NCBI GenBank assembly: GCA_963707025.1
Contig: CAVPOM010000007.1
Coordinates: 1 to 64,000 of the forward strand
DNA: 64,000 nt
DNA from: an uncultured Verrucomicrobiae bacterium
GTDB taxonomy: Bacteria > Verrucomicrobiota > Verrucomicrobiia > Limisphaerales > Palsa-1400
Direction of reading: 5' to 3'
In this document: piece after piece, positions 21,424 to 32,252 of the stretch
How the letters are laid out: every line of letters starts with the position of its first letter
How positions within the stretch are numbered: position 1 is the stretch's first letter
Notes under the pieces: model-generated
The model's database searches: none
The model's input: the letters and a program-made list of their open reading frames with translations, nothing else
Told to the model about the DNA's origin: nothing
Position numbers and translations under genes: made by a program

Positions 21424-23016
21424 GTGACATCTGATCCGGGCGTATTCATCCATGTCATGTCGGGCGTGACGGACGTAAGAGGCCGGAATGTTTATTTGGA
21501 AAATCCTATCCCAAAGACCTTGCAGCGTTGGATTCATTACAGGTGGCCGGCAGCTTCCCGATTGTGCCGCTCCAGCGGGAGAGCGATCGGGCCTTTTTTG
21601 TTGGCTTGGCCCCTGGCTCTCATCACCCCGCTCCCCGCCTCGGCCGGCCAGGAAATCGTTCCGGATGGGTCAGAATCTTCCGATAGTCGGACCAGCGGCC
21701 TTGGCTTCTGGATTTGGGCGGCGCAAACCTTCGACCGGCAGACCTGCCTGCTCTGGAGGTCGTTTGAAATTCCCCCCTCCGCCACGGTGGCGCAAGCCTG
21801 GCTGACCATGACGGCGGACAACGAGTACACCCTTTTCCTGGACGGGCGCAATGTGGGGCGGGGAGCCGAGTGGCGCCACCTGGGCAAATATGATTTGACC
21901 CAGCTCATGTCCCCCGGCAAACACGTGCTGGCCGTCGAGGCTTACAACGTGGACGCGGCCGCAGGAATGATCTTTGGCATGCGCATTGATCTGGCGGACG
22001 GAGGATTCATTGAAATCAAATCGGACAAAAGCTGGCGGATTGTGCCCGAAAAGACGCGGGGTTGGCAGACCCTGACCAAGGCCCAGGATGCCTGGCCGGA
22101 GGCCACGATTATAGGGCCAATCGGGACCTCGCCTTGGTGGAGGACCCCCGAGGGCATCGAGATCAACCCGCCGTTGCAAGTGATCCACACCCCCCTCTGG
22201 CAGGCCGGCTGGTTCCAAGTCACACTCCTGACACTCTGCGGCACGGCCATCCTGATCAGTTTCTACCTCATGTCCCAACTGGCCTTCCATCGCCAGGAAC
22301 GATGGCTGCTCCAGCAGGAGCGCGCCCGCATTGCCAGGGACATCCATGATGACGTCGGTTCGAGAATGACTCAACTGGTATTGCATGGGGAAGTGGCGCG
22401 AAACGATCTCCCCGCCGGCTCGGAAGCCTGCTTGCAGCTTGACCAGTTCTGCGAGGAAGCCCGCGGGCTGCTCTCCACCATGGATGAAGTCCTCTGGGCC
22501 GTCAACCCGCGGCGGGACACCCTGCGCAACTTTGTCTCCTATGTTACCGACTATGCCCAGAAATCCTTGAAACGCACCGCCATCCAGTGTGTTTTGGACG
22601 TGGAACCGGAGATGCCGGCGCAAGCCCTGGATCTTCCGCTCCGGCGCAACCTGCTCATGGCCATCAAGGAGACCCTCAACAACGCGGTCAAATACTCTGA
22701 AGCCACCGAATTGCTGCTGCATATTCAACGCCTCAACCAGGGCCTGGTCGTGGTCGTGCAGGACAATGGCCGGGGCTTTGACCCGGCGGCGGCCAAGCCC
22801 GGCCGCAACGGCTTGGCCAACATGACCCAGCGCATGACCGAGCTGGGCGGAGAATGCCGCGTGATCAGCCAGCCGGGCAAGGGTTGCCGGATCGAGTTTC
22901 GTGTGCCGCTCAACCGCTCGCGCAGTCACCTGTGGAGCAGGATATGGCGATCCAGGCGGTTCGCCACCAGTGTCATTGAAACCAAGATGCCCGGCGGCAA
23001 AAGCCTCACCATCTGA
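21424..23016 (+). CDS. HisKA_3 (NarX/UhpB-type) sensor kinase with a CBM67-like periplasmic domain
   Basis: [39 protein letters not shown] and a single TM helix. The sensor has [34 protein letters not shown]. Start uncertain. Confidence 0.88.
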   Translation: MTSDPGVFIHVMSGVTDVRGRNVYLENPIPKTLQRWIHYRWPAASRLCRSSGRAIGPFLLAWPLALITPLPASAGQEIVPDGSESSDSRTSGLGFWIWAAQTFDRQTCLLWRSFEIPPSATVAQAWLTMTADNEYTLFLDGRNVGRGAEWRHLGKYDLTQLMSPGKHVLAVEAYNVDAAAGMIFGMRIDLADGGFIEIKSDKSWRIVPEKTRGWQTLTKAQDAWPEATIIGPIGTSPWWRTPEGIEINPPLQVIHTPLWQAGWFQVTLLTLCGTAILISFYLMSQLAFHRQERWLLQQERARIARDIHDDVGSRMTQLVLHGEVARNDLPAGSEACLQLDQFCEEARGLLSTMDEVLWAVNPRRDTLRNFVSYVTDYAQKSLKRTAIQCVLDVEPEMPAQALDLPLRRNLLMAIKETLNNAVKYSEATELLLHIQRLNQGLVVVVQDNGRGFDPAAAKPGRNGLANMTQRMTELGGECRVISQPGKGCRIEFRVPLNRSRSHLWSRIWRSRRFATSVIETKMPGGKSLTI

Positions 23017-23681
23017 TGATCCCGCCCAATGTTAGAACAAGGGGCCCGCTGAAAGTGGCCTTGGTGGAGGATCAGCCGAAAGTCCGCGAGAGTTGGACCC
23101 GGCTCATCAACTCCTTCTCCGATCTTTCCTGCATCTGCGCCTGTGCCACCGGCGAAGAGGCCGTTCGCATCATTCCTCAAAAACTGCCGGATGTGATTCT
23201 GATGGACATTTTCCTCCCCAGAATGTCCGGCATCGAGTGTACCGCCAGGCTCAAGGTGCTGCTGCCCGAGGTGCAGATTGTCATTCTCACAGCCATGGAT
23301 GACCAGGAACTGGTCTTCATGGCCTTGGAAGCCGGGGCGGACGGCTACCTCTTAAAACGAACCAAGCCGGCGGATTTGCGAACCGCTTTGCTGGACGTGC
23401 TGGGCGGCGGTGCTCCCATGACCAGTCAGATTGCCCGGCGCGTGATCGAGTCCTTCCGGCAGAAGGCCAAGACCCGCGACCAATCCGTCCATCTATCCAT
23501 CCGGGAAGAGCAGATCCTGGCCCACCTCTCCCAGGGCTATTCCAACAAGCAGATTGCCGGCAAGCTGGAGTTGAGCATTGACACCATCTGCAGCCATTTG
23601 AAACACGTTTACGAAAAGCTGCATGTCAGCTCGCGCACCGAGGCGGTCGTTCGCTATCTGGCCTCCAAAACGCCGCCGTAA
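23016..23681 (+). CDS. NarL/FixJ family response regulator (REC + LuxR HTH)
   Basis: LVEDQ, ILMDIFLPRMSG, GADGYLLK, LSIREEQIL..GYSNKQIA..KLHVSSRTEAV. Confidence 0.95.
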   Translation: MIPPNVRTRGPLKVALVEDQPKVRESWTRLINSFSDLSCICACATGEEAVRIIPQKLPDVILMDIFLPRMSGIECTARLKVLLPEVQIVILTAMDDQELVFMALEAGADGYLLKRTKPADLRTALLDVLGGGAPMTSQIARRVIESFRQKAKTRDQSVHLSIREEQILAHLSQGYSNKQIAGKLELSIDTICSHLKHVYEKLHVSSRTEAVVRYLASKTPP

Positions 23682-23775
23682 TGCCCGGACCATGATGTTC
23701 ACCCTTCATCCAAAATGAACCCGCCTCGAAGCAAAAACAACGCCCGCCCTTGACAACCTGAATTGATCCACAAAC

Positions 23776-26774
23776 ATGAAAAACGAAATTGAAAACAAAA
23801 AAAGTAATCCCGGCATTGCCGGCGGCTCTTTCCCGCGCTGGCGGCGTTGCTGGGACTTGGTCTGCTGGCCGCCGCCGCCGCGCCCTCGCCAGCCGCCGGC
23901 TTGCGCTGCGAAAAACTGCGTTGTGAATACCTGACCGACCCGCTGGGAATTGACGCGGCCAGCCCGCGCCTGAGCTGGATCGTCACTTCCAGCCAGCGCG
24001 GCGCCAAGCAGACCGCTTATCAAATCCTGGCGGCCTCCTCCGTCAAACTGCTGGCCCTGGACCGCGGCGATCTGTGGGACAGCGGCCAGGTGGCCTCCGA
24101 CCAAACCTCTCAAATCGCCTATTCGGGCCAGCCGCTGGTCTCCCGCCAAAGCTGTTTCTGGAAAGTGCGGAGCTGGGACCGCCCGGGGCATGCAGGCGCT
24201 TGGAGTCCGGCCGCCCGGTGGCAAATGGGCTTGCTCGACCCGGCGGACTGGAGCGCGCATTGGATCGCCGCGCCAGCCCCCGTCTCCGCTTCCACCCAGC
24301 CCCTGCTCATTCACCATGCGGCCTATGAAGCGGTGGAAGGCGCCGGCAGCGCGGACGTGACCGCGGCCGTGGCCGGCCAGGTGAAGAATGGCCGCATCAA
24401 TATGATTGTCAATAACAAGAATCTGGGCGGAGATCCCGCCCTCAACCGGGTCAAGCAGTTGCGGGTGGAGTATGAGTTGGGCGGCCAATCCTTCCAGAAG
24501 GAGATCGCCGAAAATCAAACCTTCTCCATCCCGGATGATGGGGCGGCCTCGCGCTATTTGCGCAAATCCTTCGCGCTGAGTTCCTCCATCCAACAGGCCG
24601 TGCTCTATGCGACCGCCCTCGGTCTTTACGAGGTCCATATCAACGGGCAGCGCGTGGGCGACCATGTCCTGGCTCCGGACTGGACCGACTACCGCAAGCG
24701 GGTGCGCTACCAGGCCTACGATGTCACCGCGCTGCTCAGGCGCGGCGACAACGCCATGGCCGCCCTGCTGGGGGACGGCTGGTACAGCGGCCACATCGGC
24801 AACGGCGGCTATCAATTCTTTGGCAAAGCGCCGGCCTTTCTCGCCCAGTTGGAAGTGACCTACACGGATGGCCGCACCGAGCGGATTGTGACCGACGCCT
24901 CCTGGAAAACGCACCGCAGCCCGATCCTCTCCTCCGATTTCATGTTGGGCGAGGATTACGACGCCCGGCTGGAAGTGAAAAAATGGGATGAACCCGGCCT
25001 GGAAGAAAGCCAGTGGGTCGCGGCCGCGCGGCGCGACGAATCCCTGCCCTTGCAAGCGCAAGTCATGGAGCCGGTGCGCCAGATCTGCGAGATCCAGCCC
25101 AAAACCGTTGCGGAATCCAAACCCGCTTGCTGGATTTACGATCTCGGACAGAACATGGTGGGGGTGGTTCGCTTGAAGGTCGAGGCGCCCGCCGGTACGG
25201 AAGTCAGATTGCGCCACGCGGAGATGCTCAATCCGGATGGGAGCATCTACACCAAAAACCTGCGCGGCGCGGCCTCCACCGATCATTACATCTGCAAGGG
25301 CCAGGGTCTGGAGATCTGGCAGCCCCGTTTCACTTTCCATGGCTTCCGCTATGTGGAACTGACCGGCCTGGCCGGCCGGCCGGGCAAGGAGGCGGTGACC
25401 GGAATCGTGATTGGGTCGGACACGCCCCGGACGGGCGAGTTCACCTGCTCGGACACGCGCCTCAACCAGCTTCAGTCCAACATCCAATGGGGCCAGCGCG
25501 GCAATTACATCAGCATTCCCACCGACTGTCCGCAGCGCGATGAGCGCCTGGGTTGGATGGGCGACGCCGAAGTGTTTATCCGCACCGCCACCTACAATGC
25601 CGATGTCGCGGCCTTCTTCAGCAAATGGCTGGTGGATGTGGATGACGGCCAGTCGGCGGAAGGCTCGTTTAGCGACGTGAGCCCAAACACCGCGCTGAGT
25701 GGTGGCGCTCCCGCCTGGGGCGATGCCGGGGTCATCTGCCCGTGGACCATTTACGAAGCCTACGGTGACAAGCGCATTCTGGAGCGCCACTTGCCCGCCA
25801 TGACCAAATGGGTGGAGTATTTGCACCGCAACAGCACCGGTTTGATCCGGCAACGGAACCGCGGCAATGATTATGGCGACTGGCTCGCCATCGGCGCCAA
25901 CACACCCAAGGAACTGATCGGCACCGCTTACTTCGCCTATTCCACACACTTGCTGGCCCGGTCCTGCCAGGCTCTCGGACGCGTGGAAGAAGCGGCGAAA
26001 TACGAGCAGTTGTTTCAGGACATCAAGGCGGCTTTCGACAAACGTTATGTCGCCGCGGACGGCCGCATCCAGGGCAATACCCAGTGCGACTACGCCATGG
26101 CCCTCAAATTCGAACTGCTGCCCGATGAACTCCGGCCCAAAGCCGCCCAGTATCTGGAAGAGGACATCCAGGCCAAAGGCGGACATCTTTCCACCGGCTT
26201 TGTCGGGGTGAGCTACCTGCTGCCGGTCCTGACCCAGTGGGGCCAAGCCGGCACCGCCTATCGCCTGCTTCTCCAGGACACCTTCCCATCGTGGCTGTTC
26301 TCGGTCAAACACGGCGCCACCACCATCTGGGAACGTTGGGACGGCTGGACCCCTGAAAAAGGATTTCAAGATCCGGGCATGAACTCCTTTAACCATTATT
26401 CGCTCGGTTCCTGTGGTGAATACCTCTTCGGCGGCATTGGGGGCATCCGCCCGGCCAGTCCGGGTTTCAAGAGCATCCTGATTGATCCGGTCATTGGCGA
26501 CGGCCTGGCCTGGGCCAAGACCAGCTATGATTCCATCCAAGGCCCCATTGCCACGTCCTGGAAACGCGACGGCCAACGGCTGGCGCTGCAAGTCGTCGTG
26601 CCCGCCAACACCACGGCCACGGTTTGCGTTCCGGCCAGGGACCTGGCGGGCGTCACGGAGAGCGGCAAGCCCGCGGCGCAGTCGGCGGATGTGAAATTTC
26701 TGCGGCAGGAAAAGGACAGGATTGTTTTGCAAGTGGGTTCAGGCACCTACAACTTCGCCTCGGAACTAAATTAG
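23776..26774 (+). CDS. Secreted GH78 alpha-L-rhamnosidase (start at 23776 with a probable indel near 23810, or TTG at 23847)
   Basis: LRCEYLTDPLGID..PRLSW, DLGQNMVG, PRFTFHGFRYVE, PTDCPQRDERLGWMGD, GATTIWERW, MNSFNHYSLG. Confidence 0.93.
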
Positions 26775-26906
26775 AGCGTTTTCAAGAAAACTGTAGCCGC
26801 AACACGCGGTAGGGTCCCGGCAGGCCGGGATTGCCCGCCGCGGCGCGCACGGAGTGCGCGCCCTGCCTCCTTCGTTTCGGCTGCACAATTTCTTAAACTG
26901 CCCTAA
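26771..26906. mobile_element. MITE-like element, copy A, with an additional related terminus ending at 26990
   Basis: Termini TTAGAGCGTTTTCAAGAAAACTGTAGCCGC and (reverse complement) TTAGGGCAGTTTAAGAAATTGTGCAGCCGAAACGAAG both match the element at 58620-58749. Confidence 0.65.
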
Positions 26907-27138
26907 AGGAAACCGCAGCCACACAAGGCAAATCAGTTCATCGCCTCCTGCCCGGATGTTATGGCCGCGGTTCTGTTGAAAACGCTCTGATCCGGGGAGT
27001 CTGAAATTTATTCTGCCCGCATGGAAAGCCGCAATGCGCGCAGAATAAATTCAATCCCCTCCTTTGTCGGGGAAAATGCGGAGTCGGCGGTCATGCGCCC
27101 GAATCATGGGAACGGTTTCAGGAAACCCGCCTGCCTCC

Positions 27139-28482
27139 TCACCCGGTCCGCCCCTGCCGTTTCCGGCCCCGGCCGAAAACCTTTTTCAATTTAGACTTGA
27201 CATGTTTGAAATGGAAATCCAGCGAACAAAGCTTCTCCAATTCCCCGGCGGCAAAATGCCGGCTCACCTCCGGATCGCGCCGCAGTTGCGCCAGAAAGTT
27301 GGCGCCCGCGGTTCCGGCGTGCTTGGCCTGCCACGTGGCCATGGCGTTGCGCTGCACAAGGTCGTAGGCCGCTTCCCGCGTCAGCCCTTTTTTGATCAGT
27401 GCCAGCAGCACCGTTTGCGAGTTCCACATCCCCAGCGAAAGCTCCAGGTTCCGCCTCATGTTCTCCGGATAGACAATCAGGCCCTCGGTCAAGCGCCGCA
27501 GCGTCACCAGCATGTAATCCAGCAGCGTGCAGGAATCGGGAAAAATAATGCGCTCCACCGAACTGTGGCTGATGTCCCGCTCGTGCCAGAGGGCCACGTT
27601 CTCCAAGGCCGCCAGGGCGTTGCCCCGCAGCACCCGGGCCAGGCCCGTCAGCCGTTCCCCCGTGATCGGGTTGCGCTTGTGCGGCATGGCGCTGGAACCC
27701 TTTTGTCCCGGCGCGAAATATTCCTCCGCCTCCAGGACTTCCGTGCGCTGCAAGTGGCGGAACTCGGTGGCCCACCTCTCGATGCTTGCCCCGGCCAGGG
27801 CCAGCGCCACCATGAACTCGGCGTGCAAATCCCGCTGCACCACTTGCGTGGCCACCGGCGCCGGCCGCAGCCCCAACTGCCGGCAGACCCGCGCTTCCAC
27901 CGCCGGCGCCAGATGCGCGCTGGTCCCCACCGCCCCCGACAATTTCCCCACCGCCACCGTCTCCCGCGCGCTTTCCAGCCGGCGCAGCACCCGCCCAAAC
28001 TCGTCGTACATCACCGCCATCTTCAACCCGAAGGTCGTCGGCTCGGCGTGGATGCCGTGGCTGCGCCCGATCATGGCCGTGCCGGCGTGCTCCCGCGCCT
28101 TTTTGGCGATGACCTCCCGCAGCGCCTGCGCATCGGCGATCAGAATCCGGGCCGATTGCCCCATCTGCACCGCGAAGGCCGTGTCAATAATATCGCTGCT
28201 CGTCAGCCCGAAATGCAGCCAGCGGCTGGCGGGAGCACCGATGTTCTCCGCCACGTTGGTGGTGAAGGCGATCACGTCGTGGTTCAGGGTGCGTTCCAGC
28301 TCCCGGCAGCGCTCCACCTGGAAGGCCGCCCGCGCTTTGATCACCGCCCAATCCTTCCGCGGAACCACTCCCGCCGCCGCCAGGGCCTCGCTGGCCAGCA
28401 ATTCAATTTGCAGCCAGATTTCCAGCTTGCGCTGCTCCGTCCAAACCTCCCGCATTTCCGCCCGCGAATATCGCTGTATCAT
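27139..28482 (-). CDS. purB: Adenylosuccinate lyase
   Basis: [35 protein letters not shown] and the signature [11 protein letters not shown]. Confidence 0.97.
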   Translation of the reverse strand: MIQRYSRAEMREVWTEQRKLEIWLQIELLASEALAAAGVVPRKDWAVIKARAAFQVERCRELERTLNHDVIAFTTNVAENIGAPASRWLHFGLTSSDIIDTAFAVQMGQSARILIADAQALREVIAKKAREHAGTAMIGRSHGIHAEPTTFGLKMAVMYDEFGRVLRRLESARETVAVGKLSGAVGTSAHLAPAVEARVCRQLGLRPAPVATQVVQRDLHAEFMVALALAGASIERWATEFRHLQRTEVLEAEEYFAPGQKGSSAMPHKRNPITGERLTGLARVLRGNALAALENVALWHERDISHSSVERIIFPDSCTLLDYMLVTLRRLTEGLIVYPENMRRNLELSLGMWNSQTVLLALIKKGLTREAAYDLVQRNAMATWQAKHAGTAGANFLAQLRRDPEVSRHFAAGELEKLCSLDFHFKHVKSKLKKVFGRGRKRQGRTG

Positions 28483-28496
28483 AGGTTAATTCCCAT

Positions 28497-28593
28497 TCTT
28501 AATCTTAATCCTAATCTTGATCTTAATCTCCTTTTTCATGATCGAATGATGCGTTCATGCGGATTAAGATTAGGATTAAGATTAAGATTAAGA
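28497..28593. repeat. Inverted arrays of a hexamer, (TAATCT)n / (AGATTA)n, forming a long hairpin
   Basis: About five copies per arm separated by a ~33-nt spacer. Confidence 0.85.
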
Positions 28594-28645
28594 GCAGGAA
28601 ACCACCACCCAAAAATGCCAAATGCCCCCGGCCCGGTCCTCTCCC

Positions 28646-29536
28646 TTACCTCCGCGCCATCTTGCTCCGCGCCGCCTCCAGAATCTGCCGTTCCCTCTCC
28701 GTCAGGCTGTGAATGCCGTGGGCGGAAATCTTTTCCAGAATCGGATCCACTTCGCGGCTGATAAATTCCGCCGGCGGCAATTCCTCGGCGTTCTTCCGCG
28801 GCCGCCGGGCCGCGCGCAGGACACTGGCCCGCGCCGGCTGGCGCGACGCCCGCCGGCGGGTTCCCGCCCCCCACCATCCCTCCGCGCCCTCCAGCCACCC
28901 TCCCCATTTGACCCAGGCCATGCCGGTCAGCATCCCGCCCAAATGCGCGCCATGGGCAATGCCGCCCCCCATGAAAAGTCCGGCGACGGATATAACGAAT
29001 CCGAAGATAAGAAACCACCGCGCTTTGAAGGTCACCGGCAAAATAAAGTAGATCAGCAGGCTGATGGGCTGGTTGGGCACGCTGGTGGCGAAGGCCGCGC
29101 CCAATCCAAATATGCCGGCGGAGGCGCCCACCACTCCCTGATGGAAATAGACGGGAAAGGCCAGGCACAAGGCCACATGGCACAAGCCGCCAATGGTTCC
29201 GCTCAGCAGGTAAAGCTGCAGCATTCTCCGGCGGCCCAGCATCTCCTCCATGGCCCGGCCAAAGAAATAAAGCCCGAACATGTTGCCCGCCAGGTGCAAC
29301 AGGCCGCCATGCAGGAACTGGAAGGTGATCAACTGGTAGTACCTTCCCGCCTTCAGGCCCCCCAGGCTCAACGCAAAAAGTTTGTCGAAGCGGCTCTCCC
29401 CGAATTGGTCCGGCCCCATTTGCTTTTCCAAAATCACCTGGATGACATAGCACACCACCAGGCTGGCCAGCAGCAGGGTGGTAGTGGACCAATACTGCCG
29501 CGGCGGCGTGCGCATATATGGGCGATCATCCAACAT
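28646..29536 (-). CDS. Rhomboid family intramembrane serine protease with a C-terminal DUF6576-like domain
   Basis: FLHGGLLHLAGNM, VVGASAG (catalytic S), AHGAHLGG (catalytic H), EVDPILEKISAHGIHSLTERER. Confidence 0.92.
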   Translation of the reverse strand: MLDDRPYMRTPPRQYWSTTTLLLASLVVCYVIQVILEKQMGPDQFGESRFDKLFALSLGGLKAGRYYQLITFQFLHGGLLHLAGNMFGLYFFGRAMEEMLGRRRMLQLYLLSGTIGGLCHVALCLAFPVYFHQGVVGASAGIFGLGAAFATSVPNQPISLLIYFILPVTFKARWFLIFGFVISVAGLFMGGGIAHGAHLGGMLTGMAWVKWGGWLEGAEGWWGAGTRRRASRQPARASVLRAARRPRKNAEELPPAEFISREVDPILEKISAHGIHSLTERERQILEAARSKMARR

Positions 29537-29890
29537 TCCTTCTGAACCTAGCCGCTCGCCGGCCTTTTTTCAATGCCTGGCCGTCAAATTCGCAATGCCT
29601 GGGTCATGGGCGGGCGGGGGAAAGGAGGATCCGGTTCAAACCTCTTCTTAATTCCCCATTGCCATTTCCTGTCCTCCCAAGGCCCGGCGGAGGAGGATGT
29701 ATTATCTTCAAATCCGGGGCTTGACAAAAATTAGAACCTATGGTTGAATGTTCAGCGTGAGACACGTAGGCATAATCCGGGGCCGCCTCCGGCAGGAGGC
29801 GGCCAGCGCAGGCGTCGCGGGCCGGGACAAATCCCCGGCACCTTGTCAGGCGTGCCAACACCGAAATGGATGGCGGCCCATGCAAGCCGT

Positions 29891-29950
29891 TTTCACTTGG
29901 TTTCACCTAATTTCACCTAATTTCACCTGGTTTCACCTAATTTCACTTCC
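29891..29950. repeat. Tandem 10-bp repeat, six copies
   Basis: TTTCAC(C/T)T(AA/GG/CC) x6. Confidence 0.9.
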
Positions 29951-30402
29951 AGGCTGTAGGGGGCCTGCCATTCATCCAACGGCATTTGCCATCAAAAAGG
30001 CCGGAATCCGCGGTTCATTCATCGGTTGCGGCTCTGCTGCGCTACAGTGTCATCCACCAGATTTGCGCATTTTTGGCAAAATTCTCAGAACCATCCTTCC
30101 GAATGACAAATGAGAAATTCTCAATGACGAATTTTCAATTCCGGCTCAACGCTTTGGTTGCGGCGTCAGCCGCGCCGTGCCTTTTGCGCCTTTTTGCGGT
30201 TAATAAATGGAAGTGCCTTTCCATGAACCATTTACGCCAAAATATGGGCTTTTCCAATGGAGTTCCCTCAAAGCAAATCAAGGCTAATCAAAGTAGTTTT
30301 TTGAACCGCCTTGCCCGTCACTCCCTTGTCAGGCCACAGCCCAGCGACGGCGGAATCTCTCCACCACTCCAATTTGTCCTCAAACTCCCGGCTGCGCGCG
30401 GA

Positions 30403-32061
30403 TTGCTCCCGCTTGGCATTTTGCGTTTTGCATTTTGCATTTGCTTCGTTGGCGGCGCGTCCGCCCTCCCGGCGGCGGAACCGGGGAATGAGGTGGTGGT
30501 GGTTTACAATTCCCGCCTGCGCCAATCCCGCCAGGTCGCCGACCATTATGCCTCGGTCCGCCACGTGCCCGCTTCGCAAGTCCTCGGGCTGGATCTGCCC
30601 GCCGGCGAAAACATGACACGCTCGGAATACCGCGAGCAACTGCAAGGGCCGCTCCTCCAATTCCTGGAAAAGGAAAAATTGTTCGTTTTCGAGCCGGGCG
30701 GGACCGCGCCCGGCACGAACACGGCGCCGCACAGATTGAAGGAGTCGAAAATTCGTTACGCGGTTTTATGTTTTGGCGTGCCCCTGCGCATTTTGGAGGA
30801 GCCGCAACTGGTGGAGCCGGACGCCGATAAACTGCCGCCGCAATTGCGCGGCCGAAACGGCGCGGCGGTGGATTCGGAGCTGACACTCCTGCCCTGGAGC
30901 CGCCCAGCCATGAGGCTGGCCGGCCCGCTGTCCAATCCGGGGTTTGGCGTGACCAACGCCGCCCTGCTCAATCCCGTCCGGGGCGTTCTGATGGTGACGC
31001 GGCTGGACGGGCCTGACGCCACGATCGCCGGGGCTTTGGTGGACAAAGCCATGCAGGCCGAAACCAATGGATTGTGGGGCCGGGCCTATTTCGATCTGCG
31101 GGGGCTGACCAACACCGAATACAAGAAGGGGGATGACTGGCTGCGCGGCGCGGCGGAGGCGGCGCGCCGTTGCGGTTTTGAAACGGCGGTGGATGACCGG
31201 CCGGAGACTTTTTCCGCCGCCTTTCCCATGAGCCAAATCGCCCTCTACGCCGGCTGGTATGACGGCACTGTTTCCGGGCCGTTCACGCGGCCCCGGGTGG
31301 AATTCATCCCGGGCGCGTTTGCCTATCATCTTCATTCCTACAGCGCGCACACCTTGCGCTCGACCAATCAATACTGGTGCGGCCCGTTGCTGGCCTTGGG
31401 GGCCACCGCCACCATGGGCTGCATTGATGAACCTTATCTGGACGGCAGCCCGAACATGGAAGTCTTTTTCAGCCGCTGGCTGCTGCTGGGATTCAGTTTT
31501 GGCGAGGCGGCCTGCGCCGCCCAACAGGCTGTTTCCTGGCAAACCACGGTGGTGGGTGATCCGCTCTATCGTCCCTTCGGAGGGGATCCAAAAAAACGGC
31601 ACGAGGAACTCCTGCAGCGCCACAGTCCATGGATTCAATGGTCTCATTTGCGCTGGGTGGACATTAACCTGGCCCGGGGCGCTCCCGCGGCGGATTACGT
31701 GCGCTATCTGGAAAGCGAACCCACCACCAAACAAAGCGCCATCCTCACCGAAAAACTGGCTCAGTTGTATCAGCAGCAGGGCAAACCGGAGTTGGCCATA
31801 AAGTCTTTCCGCCAGGCGCTGGCGCTGCATCCCACCCCGCAAACCGCCGTCCGGCTGACCCTGGCGCTCGGGGAGCAATTGGCGGCCGCCGGGCAGGAAG
31901 CGCAGGCCCTCAAGCTCTATGATGATTTCCTCAAAAGCACCCCGGGCTGGCCCGGAGCACTGTCGCTTTACCAAAAAATGGAGGCGCTGGCCGGCAAGCT
32001 GGGGAAAAAAGCCCAAGCCGACCGTTACGCCGCCGAAATCAAGAAGCTGGTTCCGCCGTGA
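30403..32061 (+). CDS. TIGR03790-like exported protein with a C-terminal TPR-like region (start uncertain)
   Basis: EVVVVYNS..VADHYA..R.VP..QV, AAVDSELTLL, VTRLDGP, GAFAYHLHSYSA, GATATMGCIDEPYL, SWQTTVVGDPLYRPF. Confidence 0.8.
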   Translation: MLPLGILRFAFCICFVGGASALPAAEPGNEVVVVYNSRLRQSRQVADHYASVRHVPASQVLGLDLPAGENMTRSEYREQLQGPLLQFLEKEKLFVFEPGGTAPGTNTAPHRLKESKIRYAVLCFGVPLRILEEPQLVEPDADKLPPQLRGRNGAAVDSELTLLPWSRPAMRLAGPLSNPGFGVTNAALLNPVRGVLMVTRLDGPDATIAGALVDKAMQAETNGLWGRAYFDLRGLTNTEYKKGDDWLRGAAEAARRCGFETAVDDRPETFSAAFPMSQIALYAGWYDGTVSGPFTRPRVEFIPGAFAYHLHSYSAHTLRSTNQYWCGPLLALGATATMGCIDEPYLDGSPNMEVFFSRWLLLGFSFGEAACAAQQAVSWQTTVVGDPLYRPFGGDPKKRHEELLQRHSPWIQWSHLRWVDINLARGAPAADYVRYLESEPTTKQSAILTEKLAQLYQQQGKPELAIKSFRQALALHPTPQTAVRLTLALGEQLAAAGQEAQALKLYDDFLKSTPGWPGALSLYQKMEALAGKLGKKAQADRYAAEIKKLVPP

Positions 32062-32252
32062 CCAGGTTCCGCCGGCCCGGCGGGAGAGGCAGGCGATTGT
32101 CCGGGGAATCGCTTGCATACTGGTTGTAATGCCTGCTTAATCTCACCTTCAGTTCCGCCGATACAGTTGTGGATGTCGCCGTGCCGGTGAAAGATGGGCG
32201 GGGAGGGGCGTTGTGTTCCCCGGGTTGATGGGTCGTCGTATCGGCCGCATGT

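Noticed and set aside
23706..26732. 1008-aa antisense ORF and similar long shadow ORFs (27064-28761, 32289-33776, 44300-46138, 49230-50867)
   Set aside because: They lie opposite well-supported genes, have no recognisable motifs, and are expected in high-GC coding DNA.
29720..29755. TTGACA promoter with a possible LexA box (AGAACCTATGGTT)
   Set aside because: The -10 element is weak, the palindrome is imperfect and does not match the verrucomicrobial TGTTC-N4-GAACA box, and no SOS gene follows.
29891..29950. Short repeats as a CRISPR array
   Set aside because: Contiguous 10-mers with no spacers, and no cas genes in the window.
29986..30402. N-terminal 139 aa of the 691-aa ORF
   Set aside because: It is translated intergenic repeat sequence; the signal peptide and family similarity begin near 30403.
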